Origin: Aquiluna sp.
Lineage (GTDB): Bacteria; Actinomycetota; Actinomycetes; Actinomycetales; Microbacteriaceae
DNA: 64,000 nucleotides
Assembly (NCBI GenBank): GCA_029241985.1
Contig: JAQWUU010000011.1
Location: 21,687 to 85,686 of the forward strand
Direction: 5' to 3'
Shown here: piece after piece, positions 8,053 to 19,155 of the stretch
Layout of the letters: each line of letters begins with the position of its first letter
Position numbering within the stretch: position 1 is the first letter of the stretch
Program-made: the position numbers and the translations under genes
Notes under the pieces: generated by a model
Databases searched by the model: none
What the model was told of the DNA's origin: nothing
The model's input: only the letters and a program-made list of their open reading frames with translations

Positions 8053-9228
8053 ATGTACCGATTCATTTCAGCTACAGTCGGCAGCCCAGAGGCTTCGGCC
8101 CAGCTGGCTGAAATCGGAGGTGCCCTATTGGTGCTGGGCCTAGTTGCCCTAATTGCGAACAAGCTGAAGTTTTCCGTTGTCCCGCTTTACTTACTTATCG
8201 GGCTGGCTCTGGGCGATGGCGGAGTAATTCCACTTTCGTTGAGTGAGGAGTTCCTGAATACTGGTGCACAAATTGGGGCCATCATGTTGCTGCTCTTGCT
8301 GGGTCTTGAGTACTCGGCATACGACCTTGGGAAGGCTTTCCAAGAAAGAAAAAGCGCGGGTCTAATCGATGTATTGGCCAATGCGACGCCGGGCTTCATT
8401 ATCGGGCTGATTCTTGGCTGGGGCCTGCCCGGAGCACTGGCACTGGCCGGTATCACCTACGTGTCTTCGTCTGGAATTGCTGCCCAATTGATCAAAGAAA
8501 TGGGCTACCGACGATCCGAGGTATCAAAGCGAGCGATTGGGGTCTTGGTCTTTGAGGACTTGGCTTTGGCGCCATATTTGCCACTGTTAACTTCGGTGAT
8601 CTTGGGCGTGAGCGCTTGGAGCGGGCTGATTACTGTTTCGGTAGCTTTGGCGATAACGGGTCTTGTGATACTTATTAGTTTTCGAGGGTCCTCCAGCTTT
8701 CAGAAGTTTTTGGACCCTAACGAGCCCGGCGGACTCCTGCTAACAGTTTTCGGTGCCGCGCTTCTTGCGGCCGGCCTGGCTGACATGATCGGATTCTCGG
8801 GAGTGGTTGCGGCGTTCTTGATTGGATTGTTGTTGACAGGCGAGGTGGCCGAAGCAGCCAGATCGCGGCTGGCTCCATTGCGGGACATATTTGCGGCCAT
8901 ATTCTTTCTTTTCTTTGGAATCACAACTAACCCGGCAGACCTACCTGCGGTTTTACCTCTGGCTATAGCCATCACGATCATCGGCGTTGCAGGAAAACAT
9001 CTTGTCGCCTGGTGGGTGACCAAGGACATGAGCGACAAGATGAGCACTTGGCGAGTCACAGGTTTCTTGATTCCGCGTGGAGAGTTCTCAATGGTCATTG
9101 CAGCCTTGGCTGCACCCGTGGTGTTAGGGGTAAAACTCCAGGCGCTCACTCTGGCCTATGTGATTTTGACAGCGCTGATAGCGTCCGTCCTGCTCCGGTT
9201 TACTCTAGGTAAGCTCGACAGAAAATAG
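8053..9228 (+). CDS. Cation:proton antiporter, CPA2 family (KhtU/YhaU-like)
   Basis: About 12 TM segments; LLGLEYS, VSSSGIAA, VFEDLA, FFLFFG and IPRGEFS motifs. Confidence 0.88.
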   Translation: MYRFISATVGSPEASAQLAEIGGALLVLGLVALIANKLKFSVVPLYLLIGLALGDGGVIPLSLSEEFLNTGAQIGAIMLLLLLGLEYSAYDLGKAFQERKSAGLIDVLANATPGFIIGLILGWGLPGALALAGITYVSSSGIAAQLIKEMGYRRSEVSKRAIGVLVFEDLALAPYLPLLTSVILGVSAWSGLITVSVALAITGLVILISFRGSSSFQKFLDPNEPGGLLLTVFGAALLAAGLADMIGFSGVVAAFLIGLLLTGEVAEAARSRLAPLRDIFAAIFFLFFGITTNPADLPAVLPLAIAITIIGVAGKHLVAWWVTKDMSDKMSTWRVTGFLIPRGEFSMVIAALAAPVVLGVKLQALTLAYVILTALIASVLLRFTLGKLDRK

Positions 9229-9238
9229 GCTTTGGAGA

Positions 9239-9931
9239 ATGATGCCCTTTTCTAGACTGACGATTCTGTTCATTTTCCCGATTGCGACCGCTGCTCTTGT
9301 CCTCGCGGCCTCCATTCTTGGATCCCAGGGCCTCCTTCCAGACCCGGTTGCTATTCATTGGGGAGTGACGGGCGAAGCGGATGGTTTCATGAGCCTTGGC
9401 TCATACCTTGGGCTGATTGGGGTCGGCTTTGCGTTTTTCTGGGCTGGACTCGTGGCGCTTGAGTTGGTGCCGATGCGAGCTAGGTTGCTGAGGCCATTAC
9501 TGAAGGGATTTGCGGGCTATCTCTACGTCTTTATTTTGGCCCTGATGGCGCTCACAACCTTTTTGCAGATTGGTGGAGACCGAAACCAACCTTCCAATGT
9601 CGGATTGTGGATTCTTTTGATTTTTATTCCAGTCGGATTCTTAATCTGGCTGCTACTTGGAACGGCAAAGGTTTCGTTAGGGGAGTTTTTGGAAGTTCGC
9701 CTTCGGGGGGTCAAAGTGATCTCAATTCCTGGGAAAGAAGTAACTGGCATTAAAGTCAGCGACTTGAAAGGCAAAGATTTTGGTGGTTGGGGTTTGAGAT
9801 ATGCCTCCAAAACCCTCGCGTTCATTCCAAATTCTGGACCAGCGGTGGTTTTTGAATTGAGCTGGGGAGAGAAAATAGCAATTCGAAGCGACGATGCCGT
9901 TGACTTAGGCAAGACTCTGAATAAGAAATAG
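9239..9931 (+). CDS. DUF1648 domain membrane protein
   Basis: LPDPVAIHWGVTGEADGF motif, four TM segments and a C-terminal FGGWGLR domain. Confidence 0.75.
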   Translation: MMPFSRLTILFIFPIATAALVLAASILGSQGLLPDPVAIHWGVTGEADGFMSLGSYLGLIGVGFAFFWAGLVALELVPMRARLLRPLLKGFAGYLYVFILALMALTTFLQIGGDRNQPSNVGLWILLIFIPVGFLIWLLLGTAKVSLGEFLEVRLRGVKVISIPGKEVTGIKVSDLKGKDFGGWGLRYASKTLAFIPNSGPAVVFELSWGEKIAIRSDDAVDLGKTLNKK

Positions 9932-9947
9932 ATAGGGCAAAAAACTC

Positions 9948-10421
9948 ATGCGAATCCACATAGCCACAGACCATGCCGGTATGGAGCTCAGCGCTTTTCT
10001 GGTTGAGCAACTAAGTGACGCCGGACTTGATGTTTCTGATCATGGCCCAAGCGTTTATGACGCACTCGATGATTATCCAGGTTTCTGTATTGCTGCGGCC
10101 AAGGCTGTTGCGGAGGATCAGCTTGCTGGTGTTGAAGCGCTCGGGATAGTGCTGGGTGGCAGTGGAAATGGCGAGCAAATGGCTGCAAACAAAGTTGCAG
10201 GTATTAGGGCAGCTTTGATCTGGAACAGCGAGACAGCGGCTCTGGCAAGAGAGCATAATGATGCCAACATTGCTGCTGTTGGTGCGCGGCAACACACCAA
10301 AGAGCAAGTACTTGAACTCATAAAGATCTTTATCGGCGAACCATTTTCCAACGATGAGAGGCACGTCAGGCGGATTGGGAAAATCACGCACTTTGAAAAC
10401 ACCGGAGAGGTGCTTTTCTAG
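9948..10421 (+). CDS. rpiB: Ribose-5-phosphate isomerase B
   Basis: TDHAG, DDYP, GGSGNGEQMAANK, AREHNDAN and RHVRR motifs. Confidence 0.95.
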   Translation: MRIHIATDHAGMELSAFLVEQLSDAGLDVSDHGPSVYDALDDYPGFCIAAAKAVAEDQLAGVEALGIVLGGSGNGEQMAANKVAGIRAALIWNSETAALAREHNDANIAAVGARQHTKEQVLELIKIFIGEPFSNDERHVRRIGKITHFENTGEVLF

Positions 10422-10425
10422 TCAA

Positions 10426-11220
10426 ATGCCAGAGGGCCACACAGTTCATCGGACCGCTAGGAAATTCCAGAAGGATTTCGTAGGTCAGCAGTTATTCGTG
10501 ACTTCCCCGCAGGGCAGATTTGTTGATGCCACGTTGGTGTCGGGACAGAAACTAATGACTTCCGAGGCGTTTGGAAAACACCTGTTTCTAGGTTTCGAAT
10601 CGGGGTTTATTCGAGTCCACCTTGGAATCTACGGAAAGTGGCGCTTTAGTCAATTCGAAGACACACCAAAGGAGCCCGTGGGTCAGGTCCGGGCAAGGTT
10701 CTTGTCGAGTGATTCAGTTGCAGACCTTGTCGGCCCGACAGCATGTGAGGTGATCGATGCGGCTAGTTTTGAAATGCATAAATCCAGACTCGGGCCAGAC
10801 CCCTTGCGTATTGATCCAGCGGATCAGGAGCTAGAAAGGTTCATTGCTCGATGCAAGAAGTCGAAAACTCCAATTGGACAGCTGTTGATGGATCAATCCG
10901 TGATTTCAGGAATTGGGAACGTCTATCGCGCCGAGTTGCTGTTTCGCGCAGGGAGAAGCCCGTATCGGCCCGGCATGGAGGTGTCAGACAAAGACCTAGC
11001 GGCCATTTGGTTTGATGCCGTAAAGCTGATGAAAATCGGGGTATCGAAGGGAATCATGCTGACCCGTGACGATTATTTAAAGTCGATGCCCGCCGTTAAG
11101 GACCGCTATTTCGTCTACAAGCGGGAGGGTTTGCCCTGTCGAAATTGCGGCAATGAGGTTTCTTTGGCATTGATGAATGCAAGAAAGCTGTATTGGTGCA
11201 ATGGCTGTCAAAGTGCCTGA
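10426..11220 (+). CDS. nei: Fpg/Nei family DNA glycosylase
   Basis: Start reassigned to MPEGHTVH (catalytic Pro-Glu); GKHLF, H2TH motif DQSVISGIGNVYRAE and C-terminal CxxC-CxxC zinc finger. Confidence 0.93.
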   Translation: MPEGHTVHRTARKFQKDFVGQQLFVTSPQGRFVDATLVSGQKLMTSEAFGKHLFLGFESGFIRVHLGIYGKWRFSQFEDTPKEPVGQVRARFLSSDSVADLVGPTACEVIDAASFEMHKSRLGPDPLRIDPADQELERFIARCKKSKTPIGQLLMDQSVISGIGNVYRAELLFRAGRSPYRPGMEVSDKDLAAIWFDAVKLMKIGVSKGIMLTRDDYLKSMPAVKDRYFVYKREGLPCRNCGNEVSLALMNARKLYWCNGCQSA

Positions 11221-11246
11221 AATAGGTGTCTTTTGGCTTGAATCAC

Positions 11247-11320
11247 TGGAGCGAGTGACGGGAATCGAACCCGCGTAATCAGTTTGGAAGACTGAGGCTC
11301 TACCATTGAGCTACACTCGC
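11247..11320 (-). tRNA. tRNA-Gly(TCC), CCA encoded
   Basis: Reverse complement GCGAGTG...TCAGT-CTTCCAA-ACTGA...GGTTCGATTCC...CACTCGC-TCCA folds as a full cloverleaf. Confidence 0.96.
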
Positions 11321-11393
11321 GCATCGTTTGTTAGACGAGACTCCATTCTATGGGGTAGAGTGGTCGAGTTCGTGACCAATGGTCAAGAATGTT

Positions 11394-11467
11394 CGGGATG
11401 TAGCGCAGCTTGGTAGCGCATCTGTTTTGGGAACAGAGGGTCGCAGGTTCAAATCCTGTCATCCCGA
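11394..11467 (+). tRNA. tRNA-Pro(TGG), CCA not encoded
   Basis: CGGGATG/CATCCCG acceptor stem, TCTGT-TTTGGGA-ACAGA anticodon arm, GGTTCAAATCC T-arm; followed by CAA. Confidence 0.96.
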
Positions 11468-11509
11468 CAAATTGCTTTATAAAAACCCACCTACCTCTAT
11501 GGAGATAAC

Positions 11510-12772
11510 TTGAAGACAACAGTCGAGAAACTAAGCCCAACACGCGTCAAGCTGACGATTGAGGTTGATCAAGCCGGCTTTAAGCCAACCCTTGATAAGG
11601 CTTATAAGACAGTTGCGAACCAGGTCAATATCCCCGGTTTCCGAAAAGGTAAAGTGCCAGCTTCCGTTCTAGACCAGCGAGTTGGCAAGGACCAGATCAT
11701 CGCACAGGCAATCAACGATGGCATGGACTCTTTTTACCGAGAGGCGCTGGTCGCTGAGAAGCTAAAGCCACTTGGAACTCCTGAGGCAGACATCAGCTCG
11801 GCCCCATCGGCTGCGGAGCTTGAGAAGCTTTTGGTGATCTCACTAGAAGTTGAAGTTCGCCCGGAATTCAAGCTTCCTAGCTATAAGGGCCTCGCCGTCA
11901 AGGTTGACCCGGTCAAGGTCGCAAAGATGGATATTGAGACCGAACTTGATGCCCTCCGCGCTCGCTTTGGCACCCTGAAAACAGTCGATCGCCCGGCCAA
12001 GAATGGCGATTTCACGACTATCGACCTTTCCGCACTTATGGACGGCAAAGAAATTGACACGGCAGCCGACATCTCTTACGAGATTGGTTCGGGACAGCTT
12101 TTGGATGGTATCGATGAGGCTCTTGAAACCCTTACGGCTGGAGAAACTACGACTTTCAGCTCCAAGTTGGTCGGTGGCGAGATGGCGGGACAGTCCGCTG
12201 AGGTTTCCGTTACCCTTAAAGCGGTCAAGGAGCGAGAGCTTCCAAAGGCGGATGACGACTTTGCTCAACTTGCCAGTGAGTTCGACACTCTTGAAGAACT
12301 AAAGAAAGACCTTGAGACCAAACTTGCAGTAGAGCTTGGCCGTAAGCAGGTTTTGCAGGCAAGAGACAAGATTGTTGAAGAGCTCGTATCCAAAGCGAAC
12401 ATCCCAGTCTCGGACGAAGCCGTGAAGCGAGAAGTCGACGCCCATCTAGAGGGCGAAGGCCGAATGGAAGACGATGTTCATCGCAAGGAAGTAACCGCAG
12501 ATTCTGAGAAGGGCTTCAAGACTCAGTTGCTATTGGACGCAGTCGTTGATGCCGAGGCAATCAAGATTGAAGATCAAGAACTAATCGAGTACCTCGCCTT
12601 TACCTCCAGGAACTACCAGATGGATCCAAATCAGTTCATCGAGCAGGTTGCCAGTTCTGGTCAGGTTTCCTTTTACGCCGACGAGCTTGCCAGGCGCAAG
12701 GCTGTTGACTTCTTGGTATCTCAAGCAGAGATAACTGACACCAAGGGCGCGAAAGTTACTTACGAGGTCTAA
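11510..12772 (+). CDS. tig: Trigger factor
   Basis: IPGFRKGKVP ribosome-binding motif and FKBP domain; TTG start after a GGAG SD; upstream of clpP. Confidence 0.96.
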   Translation: MKTTVEKLSPTRVKLTIEVDQAGFKPTLDKAYKTVANQVNIPGFRKGKVPASVLDQRVGKDQIIAQAINDGMDSFYREALVAEKLKPLGTPEADISSAPSAAELEKLLVISLEVEVRPEFKLPSYKGLAVKVDPVKVAKMDIETELDALRARFGTLKTVDRPAKNGDFTTIDLSALMDGKEIDTAADISYEIGSGQLLDGIDEALETLTAGETTTFSSKLVGGEMAGQSAEVSVTLKAVKERELPKADDDFAQLASEFDTLEELKKDLETKLAVELGRKQVLQARDKIVEELVSKANIPVSDEAVKREVDAHLEGEGRMEDDVHRKEVTADSEKGFKTQLLLDAVVDAEAIKIEDQELIEYLAFTSRNYQMDPNQFIEQVASSGQVSFYADELARRKAVDFLVSQAEITDTKGAKVTYEV

Positions 12773-12786
12773 CGCCCAAGGCGAAC
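12773..12786 (-). promoter_or_regulatory. ClgR operator upstream of clpP1P2
   Basis: The minus strand reads GTTCGC-CTTGG-GCG, matching the Streptomyces ClgR motif GTTCGC-N5-GCG. The plus strand CGCCCAAGGCGAAC fits CGCYNNNRGCGWWS. Confidence 0.7.
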
Positions 12787-12849
12787 AAGCACCTCTATTG
12801 GGTGTTTTGCTAGCTATCGTTATGTTCAAGAACTCTGAAGGAGAACTAG

Positions 12850-13431
12850 ATGGCCATGCCCCAGATGGATCGAACCGGTGTATTTGACAGACTGCTAAAA
12901 GACCGCATTGTTTGGTTGGGCAGCGAAGTTCGGGACGAGAATGCCAATGAGATTTGCGCAAAAATCTTGCTGCTAGCAGCAGAAGACTCTGAGAAAGACA
13001 TATTCCTGTACATCAACTCTCCGGGTGGATCAATAACCGCAGGTATGGCGATCTACGACACCATGCAGTACGTGCCAAACGACATCGTCACTGTTGGCAT
13101 TGGAATGGCTGCGTCCATGGGGCAATTCCTGCTTTCATCAGGTGCCAAGGGTAAGAGATATGCCACTCCAAACACCAGGGTTTTGCTACACCAGCCACTG
13201 GGTGGTTTTGGTGGAACTGCATCGGATATTCAAACCCAGGCCGAGCTAATCATGTCCATGAAGAGGCAGCTGGCTAGCATCACAGCCGAGCAGACCGGCA
13301 AGACGGTAGAGCAGGTTATGGAAGACGGCGACCGCGATCGCTGGTTCACGGCCGCAGAGGCTTTGGAATATGGCTTTATCGATCAGATTCAAGAGTTTGC
13401 AAGTCGTTCGACCGGCGTAGGGAAGGCGTAG
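12850..13431 (+). CDS. clpP1: ATP-dependent Clp protease proteolytic subunit 1
   Basis: [15 protein letters not shown] (catalytic Ser), LLHQP and DRDRWFTA motifs. Confidence 0.95.
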   Translation: MAMPQMDRTGVFDRLLKDRIVWLGSEVRDENANEICAKILLLAAEDSEKDIFLYINSPGGSITAGMAIYDTMQYVPNDIVTVGIGMAASMGQFLLSSGAKGKRYATPNTRVLLHQPLGGFGGTASDIQTQAELIMSMKRQLASITAEQTGKTVEQVMEDGDRDRWFTAAEALEYGFIDQIQEFASRSTGVGKA

Positions 13432-13434
13432 ATC

Positions 13435-14076
13435 ATGAGCTTCATCGAAACCAAAGAGGGTCGCATTGCTATGCCAGGAGCAAGGTACATCCTGCCTGAG
13501 TTTGAAGAGCGCACTTCTTACGGTGTAAAACGCCACAACCCCTACACGAAGCTATTTGAGGACCGCATTGTGTTCTTGGGTGTTCAGGTTGATGACGCGT
13601 CGGCGGATGACATCATGGCTCAGCTTTTGGTGCTTGAGTCACAGGACCCAGATCGCGATATCACGATGTACATAAACTCTCCCGGTGGCTCCTTTACGGC
13701 CTTGACTGCGATTTATGACACTATGCAGTACATCAAGCCTCAGATTCAGACAGTATGTTTAGGTCAGGCAGCCTCCGCAGCAGCTGTGATACTTGCCGCG
13801 GGCGCCCACGGCAAGCGCTTGGCGTTGCCGAACGCACGAGTCCTAATTCACCAGCCGTCATCCGGTGGCGGAGGTCAGGGCCAGGCCTCTGACATTGAAA
13901 TTCAGGCAAAAGAGATTATGCGTATGCGTGAGTGGCTTGAGCACACGTTGAGCCACCACTCGGGCAAGAGTCTTGCTGAAGTCAATAAAGACATCGACCG
14001 AGACAAAATTTTGACTGCCGCCGAGGCCATGGAGTACGGCCTGATTGATCAGGTTCTTTCTTCCCGGAAGGCGTAG
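13435..14076 (+). CDS. clpP2: ATP-dependent Clp protease proteolytic subunit 2
   Basis: [20 protein letters not shown] and DRDKILTA motifs. Confidence 0.95.
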   Translation: MSFIETKEGRIAMPGARYILPEFEERTSYGVKRHNPYTKLFEDRIVFLGVQVDDASADDIMAQLLVLESQDPDRDITMYINSPGGSFTALTAIYDTMQYIKPQIQTVCLGQAASAAAVILAAGAHGKRLALPNARVLIHQPSSGGGGQGQASDIEIQAKEIMRMREWLEHTLSHHSGKSLAEVNKDIDRDKILTAAEAMEYGLIDQVLSSRKA

Positions 14077-14085
14077 CTAATCTCG

Positions 14086-14117
14086 GCGAGTGTTGGGCTA
14101 TAAAGTCCAACTCTCGC
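14086..14117 (+). terminator. Hairpin between clpP2 and clpX (terminator or processing site, no U-tract)
   Basis: GCGAGTGTTGG (14086-14096) pairs with CCAACTCTCGC (14107-14117) with one mismatch, extended by GCT/AGT. Confidence 0.4.
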
Positions 14118-14119
14118 TA

Positions 14120-14125
14120 TAGAGT
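14120..14125 (+). promoter_or_regulatory. -10 hexamer TAGAGT of a probable leaderless clpX promoter
   Basis: TANNNT 6 nt before the ATG at 14132, no SD. The same 12-mer TAGAGTTTTGCC lies upstream of rpsT (minus strand, 48713-48724). Confidence 0.5.
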
Positions 14126-14131
14126 TTTGCC

Positions 14132-15406
14132 ATGACTTTATCTGAGACCAGCGAGCTTCTAAAGTGCACGTTTTGCGCAAAGAGCCAGAAACAGGTTCGA
14201 AAGCTGATTGCTGGACCCGCCGTGTACATCTGCGATGAATGCATTGAACTTTGCAACGAAATCATTGAAGAAGAGCTCGGGCACAAAGCAAACACAGACC
14301 TTGACTCTCTCGATCTTCCAAACCCAAAAGAAATCAAGGGGTTTTTAGATGAATACGTGATTGGCCAGGATGGAGCCAAGAAGCAGCTCGCAGTTGCGGT
14401 TTATAACCACTACAAGCGAATCCGAGCCGGTGGCACACTGACCACCGCTGGTAAAGAGCACGACGAAATTGAAATCGCGAAGTCCAATATTCTCATGATA
14501 GGCCCAACAGGTTGCGGCAAAACCTACTTGGCTCAGACCCTGGCGAAGCGCCTTAATGTCCCATTCGCAGTTGCAGATGCAACCGCTCTGACTGAAGCTG
14601 GCTATGTGGGAGAGGATGTCGAGAACATTCTGTTGAAGCTTTTGCAGGCTGCCGATAACGATCCGAAGCGTGCCGAAACTGGAATTATCTACATCGATGA
14701 AATTGACAAAATTTCAAGAAAAGCTGAAAACCCCTCGATAACCCGCGATGTCTCAGGTGAAGGTGTTCAGCAGGCGTTGCTAAAAATTCTCGAGGGCACC
14801 GTCGCTTCCATTCCTCCCCAGGGCGGCAGAAAGCATCCTCAGCAGGAGTTCATTCAGCTGGACACCACAAATGTCCTCTTCATTGTTGCTGGAGCGTTCG
14901 CAGGTTTAGAAAGTATTGTCGCCGAGCGCACCGGGAAGAAGGGAATCGGCTTCGGAGCTGAGCTCAAGGAGAAATCTGAGGTCAATAACGTTTATCGCCA
15001 GGTGCAACCGGAGGACTTGAGGAAGTTTGGCCTTATTCCGGAATTCATTGGAAGGCTGCCAGTGCTGGCAACCGTCGAAGAGTTAGATAAGCCGGCACTT
15101 ATCGCAATTCTCACCGAACCCAAGAATGCACTTGTCAAGCAGTACCAGCGCATGTTTGAAATCGACGGGTTCGAACTCGTCTTTGAACCTGGGGCTATCG
15201 AATTCATAGCAGATAGCGCCCTTGAGCGACAGACTGGGGCAAGAGGCCTAAGGGCCATACTTGAAGAGCTGCTTGGTCCAATTATGTTCGAATTGCCAGG
15301 GTCAGATACCACCGGAACTGTGACCATAACCGAAGACATCGCTAGAAATGGTGGCCTGCCAGTCGTTGAGCCAGTAAAGGCTCCCCGCCAAGACAAATCC
15401 GCGTAG
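14132..15406 (+). CDS. clpX: ATP-dependent Clp protease ATP-binding subunit ClpX
   Basis: C4 zinc finger, [28 protein letters not shown] and IGF loop. Confidence 0.97.
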   Translation: MTLSETSELLKCTFCAKSQKQVRKLIAGPAVYICDECIELCNEIIEEELGHKANTDLDSLDLPNPKEIKGFLDEYVIGQDGAKKQLAVAVYNHYKRIRAGGTLTTAGKEHDEIEIAKSNILMIGPTGCGKTYLAQTLAKRLNVPFAVADATALTEAGYVGEDVENILLKLLQAADNDPKRAETGIIYIDEIDKISRKAENPSITRDVSGEGVQQALLKILEGTVASIPPQGGRKHPQQEFIQLDTTNVLFIVAGAFAGLESIVAERTGKKGIGFGAELKEKSEVNNVYRQVQPEDLRKFGLIPEFIGRLPVLATVEELDKPALIAILTEPKNALVKQYQRMFEIDGFELVFEPGAIEFIADSALERQTGARGLRAILEELLGPIMFELPGSDTTGTVTITEDIARNGGLPVVEPVKAPRQDKSA

Positions 15407-15414
15407 TTAGAGAA

Positions 15415-16579
15415 ATGCCTCATCGCAAATAGACCTGAAATATTAGCGCCACTGATTGCGGGCTCCGTGGCATCGACGACGGGGTCAATCGCAACCTTTG
15501 GTATTGCAATAGCTGGCCTCAGTGCAATGGGAGCCAGCTCCTCCCAGACTGCGACTGCAATAGCGTTGATGCTTTTTGGATATGGAGTTTTGTCCATAGG
15601 ACTGAGCTATTGGCTGAAAATGCCTGTAAGCATCGTTTGGTCTACACCTGGAGCTGCATTCTTGGCCACCAGTGCTGGCCTCGGTTTGGACTTCAACACT
15701 GCTGTCGGGGCATTCATTGTTAGCAGTTTGTTAGTTGTACTGACTGGTGCATGGCCAGCACTGGGAAGAGTGATCAGAAAAATCCCCCCGCAGATTTCTG
15801 CCGCCATGCTCGCGGGTGTAATTTTTCCTTTTGTTGTGGCTACTGTTCACTCCGCGGTTGATTTTCCCTTGTTGATCATGCCCACCGTCATTGTCTGGCT
15901 GACGCTAAATCGTTTCCTACCGCTTTGGGCGTCTCCGGTGGCAATCATCACGGGCTTCGTTCTTATCTCGAGAAGCGAAGCTGTAGGAGAAATTGAAGTC
16001 GCAAGCTTCTGGCCAGATTTCCAAATCGTTTCTCCCGTATTTGATGTGGCCGCCATCTTGGCAATCGGAGTGCCTCTCTACTTGATAACAATGGCCTCTC
16101 AAAATCTGCCGGGGCTCGCAATCATGGGTTCCTTGGGTTACAAATTGCCCACATCAAGAGTCTTCATCACTACTGGCCTCGGATCAGCCATCACTGGTTT
16201 CTTCGGAGGTTTCGGGCTCAATCTGGCCGCAATCACAGCTGCGCTAAATGCGGACGAAAGTGCCGCCAAAGACCCGAATCGGCGTTGGCTTGCCGCGGCC
16301 TGGGGCGGCGTGGTTTACATCCTGTTCGCAATATTCGCTGCCGGTTTTGCCGCGTTCGTTTTGGCGGTCCCAACAGAACTTCTTTTGGCCTTAGCCGGTT
16401 TGGCGCTGCTGAATACTTTCGCAGGAGCGATCCGAACGGCTGTGAGTGATGATCAAACTAGGTTGGCGGGGGTGGTCACTTTGGTGATCGGTGCTGCAGG
16501 AGTAACAATTCTTGGAGTTGGCGGTGCCTTCTGGGCACTTGTGGCAGGAATCATCATTTGGAGTATCAGAAAACGCTAA
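15415..16579 (+). CDS. benE: Benzoate/H+ symporter BenE family; the likely ATG at 15415 is one base out of frame (next in-frame canonical start is GTG 15467)
   Basis: WSTPGAAFL, TMASQNLPGLA and NLAAITAAL...DPNRRW motifs. The BenE-like first helix (ILAPLIAGSVAS) begins upstream of GTG 15467. Confidence 0.85.
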
Positions 16580-19155
16580 TTTTCTACTTCCGCAAACACA
16601 AGGCTTGAAACCAATACCGACTCACCGTGCTGAAACTCGAGATTTGTTATTTTCCCTACCGCGGCCAAGTCTTTAGCAAGGCTTTGAAGTGAAGGTGGCC
16701 CGCTAACCGTTGCAGATGCAAGCTCGGCCTTCATTGAGAGCTTTTTATCAGACTTTGCTTTACGGATTTGGACCAGTGCTGTGCTCGCAAGCTTGAGGAG
16801 CTGCTCATCATCACCTGAAATCTCAAGCGAGCTCGGCCATTGCGAATTGTGGACTGTTCCTTCTTGCCACCAGCTCCAAACTTCCTCCGCTGCAAAGGGA
16901 ATGAATGGAGCAAACAGCCTTACGAGGACTCCTAGCGCTTGCCGCAGCGCCAGGACAGCGCTTCCAGTCTCCTGATCAGAAAAGTCCCCCTTGCCGTAAG
17001 CACGCTCTTTTACGAGCTCTAGGTAATCGTCAGTAAAGTTCCAGAAAAACGACTCGGTCAGTTCCAGGGCTTTGGTGTGGTCATACTTCTCGAAGGCTTC
17101 CGTTGTGGCATCGATGACTTTTTGCAGAGCCGCCAGCATTGATTTATCAATTGGCTCACTAACTTCAGAGATTCCTTTTGGTAGCTCAAAGCTAAGTGCG
17201 AACCGAGCTGCATTCAGAAGCTTAATCGCCAGTCTTCGTCCAACTTTCATCTGACCTTCGTCAAACGCTGCATCCGTCCCGAGTCTTGCCGAAGCCGCCC
17301 AATAGCGGACAGCATCCGAGCCATGAGTCTCTAGAATTTCGTTTGGAACTACGACGTTTCCTTTCGACTTAGACATTTTTTTGCGATCAGGGTCAAGAAT
17401 CCAGCCTGAAATTGCAGCATGCTTCCACGGTGCAACACCGTGTTCGAGTTCGGATCGGACCAGGGTGGAGAATAGCCAAGTCCTAATAATGTCTTGACCC
17501 TGCGGGCGAAGGTCGTAGGGGAAGACTTTTTCAAACTTCTCATCGTTGGTCAACCACCCTCCCGCTAGCTGGGGAGTTAGTGAAGAAGTTGCCCAGGTGT
17601 CCATGATGTCGAGCTCGCCAACAAAACCGCCGGAGTTACCCCTTTGGTTTTCCTGGAAACCCTCTGGAGTGTCGCTCGAGGGGTCAACCGGCAGTTGCTC
17701 GTCGCTTGGAATAATTGGGTGGTCATAATCTGGATTTCCATCAGCATCTAGTGGATACCAAAGCGGTAAAGGCACGCCGAAGAACCTTTGTCGGGAGATC
17801 AGCCAGTCACCGTTTAGTCCGTTGATCCAGTCTTCAAGACGCACTCGCATGAAATCTGGGTGGAAGTCGACTTCCTTGCCAAGAGCAATAAGGCGCGTAG
17901 CAAGCGACTTGTCGTTGCCACCATTTTTTATGTACCACTGCCTTGTCGAAACAATTTCAAGTGGCTTGTCGCCTTTTTCAAAGAATTTAACTGGGTGCGT
18001 AATTGGCCTAGCCTCACCAACCATGTCTCCCGATTCTTGAAGGGCCGTGACCATGAACTCTTTGGCGGAGAAAATTGTCTTACCCGCAAGCTCCTGGTAG
18101 ACGGACGCTCCCGGACCAGCTGAAATGACATCGGGAGCTTCTGAAATGATTCGACCGTCAAATCCAATAATTGCTCGGTTTGGAAGCTTGAGCTCTCTCC
18201 ACCAAATGACATCGGTAACGTCACCGAATGTGCAAATCATCGCTATTCCTGAGCCTTTGTCGATTTGGGCCAGGCGATGAGCGAGAATCGGAACTTCTAC
18301 TCCAAACAGCGGTGTCTTTGCAGTTTTGCCAAATAGGTGTTGGTACCGCTCGTCATCCGGGTGGGCGACAAGTGCTACGCAAGCAGCAATTAGTTCGGGT
18401 CTTGTGGTTTCAATGAATATTTTCCCGTCTGGACCATCAAACCCAATTCGGTGGTAGGCGCCGGGCATTTCACGGTCTTCTAGCTCAGCCTGAGCCACAG
18501 CCGTGCGGAAGTTGACATCCCAAAGAGTGGGGGCCATCTGGGAGTACGCTTCGTCTCTTGCTAGGTTGTTTAGGAAGGCTTTTTGGGATATCAGCTGTGA
18601 CTCTTTTGAAATGGTTCGGTAGCTCTGAGCCCAATCTACGGAGAGCCCGAGGTCACGCCAGAGGTTCTCGAAGGTCTTTTCATCTTCTTCCGTCAGTTGC
18701 TCACAGAGTGCAATGAAGTTTTGTCTCGAAATTGGTAATTGATCTTGCACCCTGGTGGATTTATTGTCGCCACCTATTTGTGGTGGCTGAAAGTCCTTGT
18801 CAAACGGCAATGTTGGGTCGCAACGAACTCCGTAGTAGTTCTGAACTCGTCGCTCAGTTGGCAGCCCGTTATCATCCCATCCCATTGGATAGTAGACCGC
18901 AGCCCCGTTCATCCTCTTGTATCTGGCCACTACATCGGTGTGCGTGTAACTAAAAACGTGACCAACATGCAGCGAACCCGAGGCCGTCGGTGGCGGGGTA
19001 TCTATTGAGAAAACATCTTCTTTTAGCGCTGCAGCATCAAATTTATAAACGGCATTGGACTCCCAAACCGGGGCCCATTTGGCCTCCAGGCCCTCTACAG
19101 AAGCCTTTTCGGGAACGGTTGCGTGCCTGGTTGGCTCGGGGGTTGCATTATTCAA
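16576..19155 (-). CDS. valS: Valine--tRNA ligase (short type without the long C-terminal coiled coil)
   Basis: [28 protein letters not shown] and KMSKS motifs. Start reassigned to TTG 19155 (GAGG 7 nt upstream); the track start 19248 would overlap ileS. Confidence 0.93.
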   Translation of the reverse strand: MNNATPEPTRHATVPEKASVEGLEAKWAPVWESNAVYKFDAAALKEDVFSIDTPPPTASGSLHVGHVFSYTHTDVVARYKRMNGAAVYYPMGWDDNGLPTERRVQNYYGVRCDPTLPFDKDFQPPQIGGDNKSTRVQDQLPISRQNFIALCEQLTEEDEKTFENLWRDLGLSVDWAQSYRTISKESQLISQKAFLNNLARDEAYSQMAPTLWDVNFRTAVAQAELEDREMPGAYHRIGFDGPDGKIFIETTRPELIAACVALVAHPDDERYQHLFGKTAKTPLFGVEVPILAHRLAQIDKGSGIAMICTFGDVTDVIWWRELKLPNRAIIGFDGRIISEAPDVISAGPGASVYQELAGKTIFSAKEFMVTALQESGDMVGEARPITHPVKFFEKGDKPLEIVSTRQWYIKNGGNDKSLATRLIALGKEVDFHPDFMRVRLEDWINGLNGDWLISRQRFFGVPLPLWYPLDADGNPDYDHPIIPSDEQLPVDPSSDTPEGFQENQRGNSGGFVGELDIMDTWATSSLTPQLAGGWLTNDEKFEKVFPYDLRPQGQDIIRTWLFSTLVRSELEHGVAPWKHAAISGWILDPDRKKMSKSKGNVVVPNEILETHGSDAVRYWAASARLGTDAAFDEGQMKVGRRLAIKLLNAARFALSFELPKGISEVSEPIDKSMLAALQKVIDATTEAFEKYDHTKALELTESFFWNFTDDYLELVKERAYGKGDFSDQETGSAVLALRQALGVLVRLFAPFIPFAAEEVWSWWQEGTVHNSQWPSSLEISGDDEQLLKLASTALVQIRKAKSDKKLSMKAELASATVSGPPSLQSLAKDLAAVGKITNLEFQHGESVLVSSLVFAEVEN

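Noticed and set aside
11394-11470. tRNA-Pro and tRNA-Ala lack an encoded CCA while tRNA-Gly has one
   Set aside because: This is common in Actinobacteria, where CCA is added enzymatically; these are not pseudogenes.
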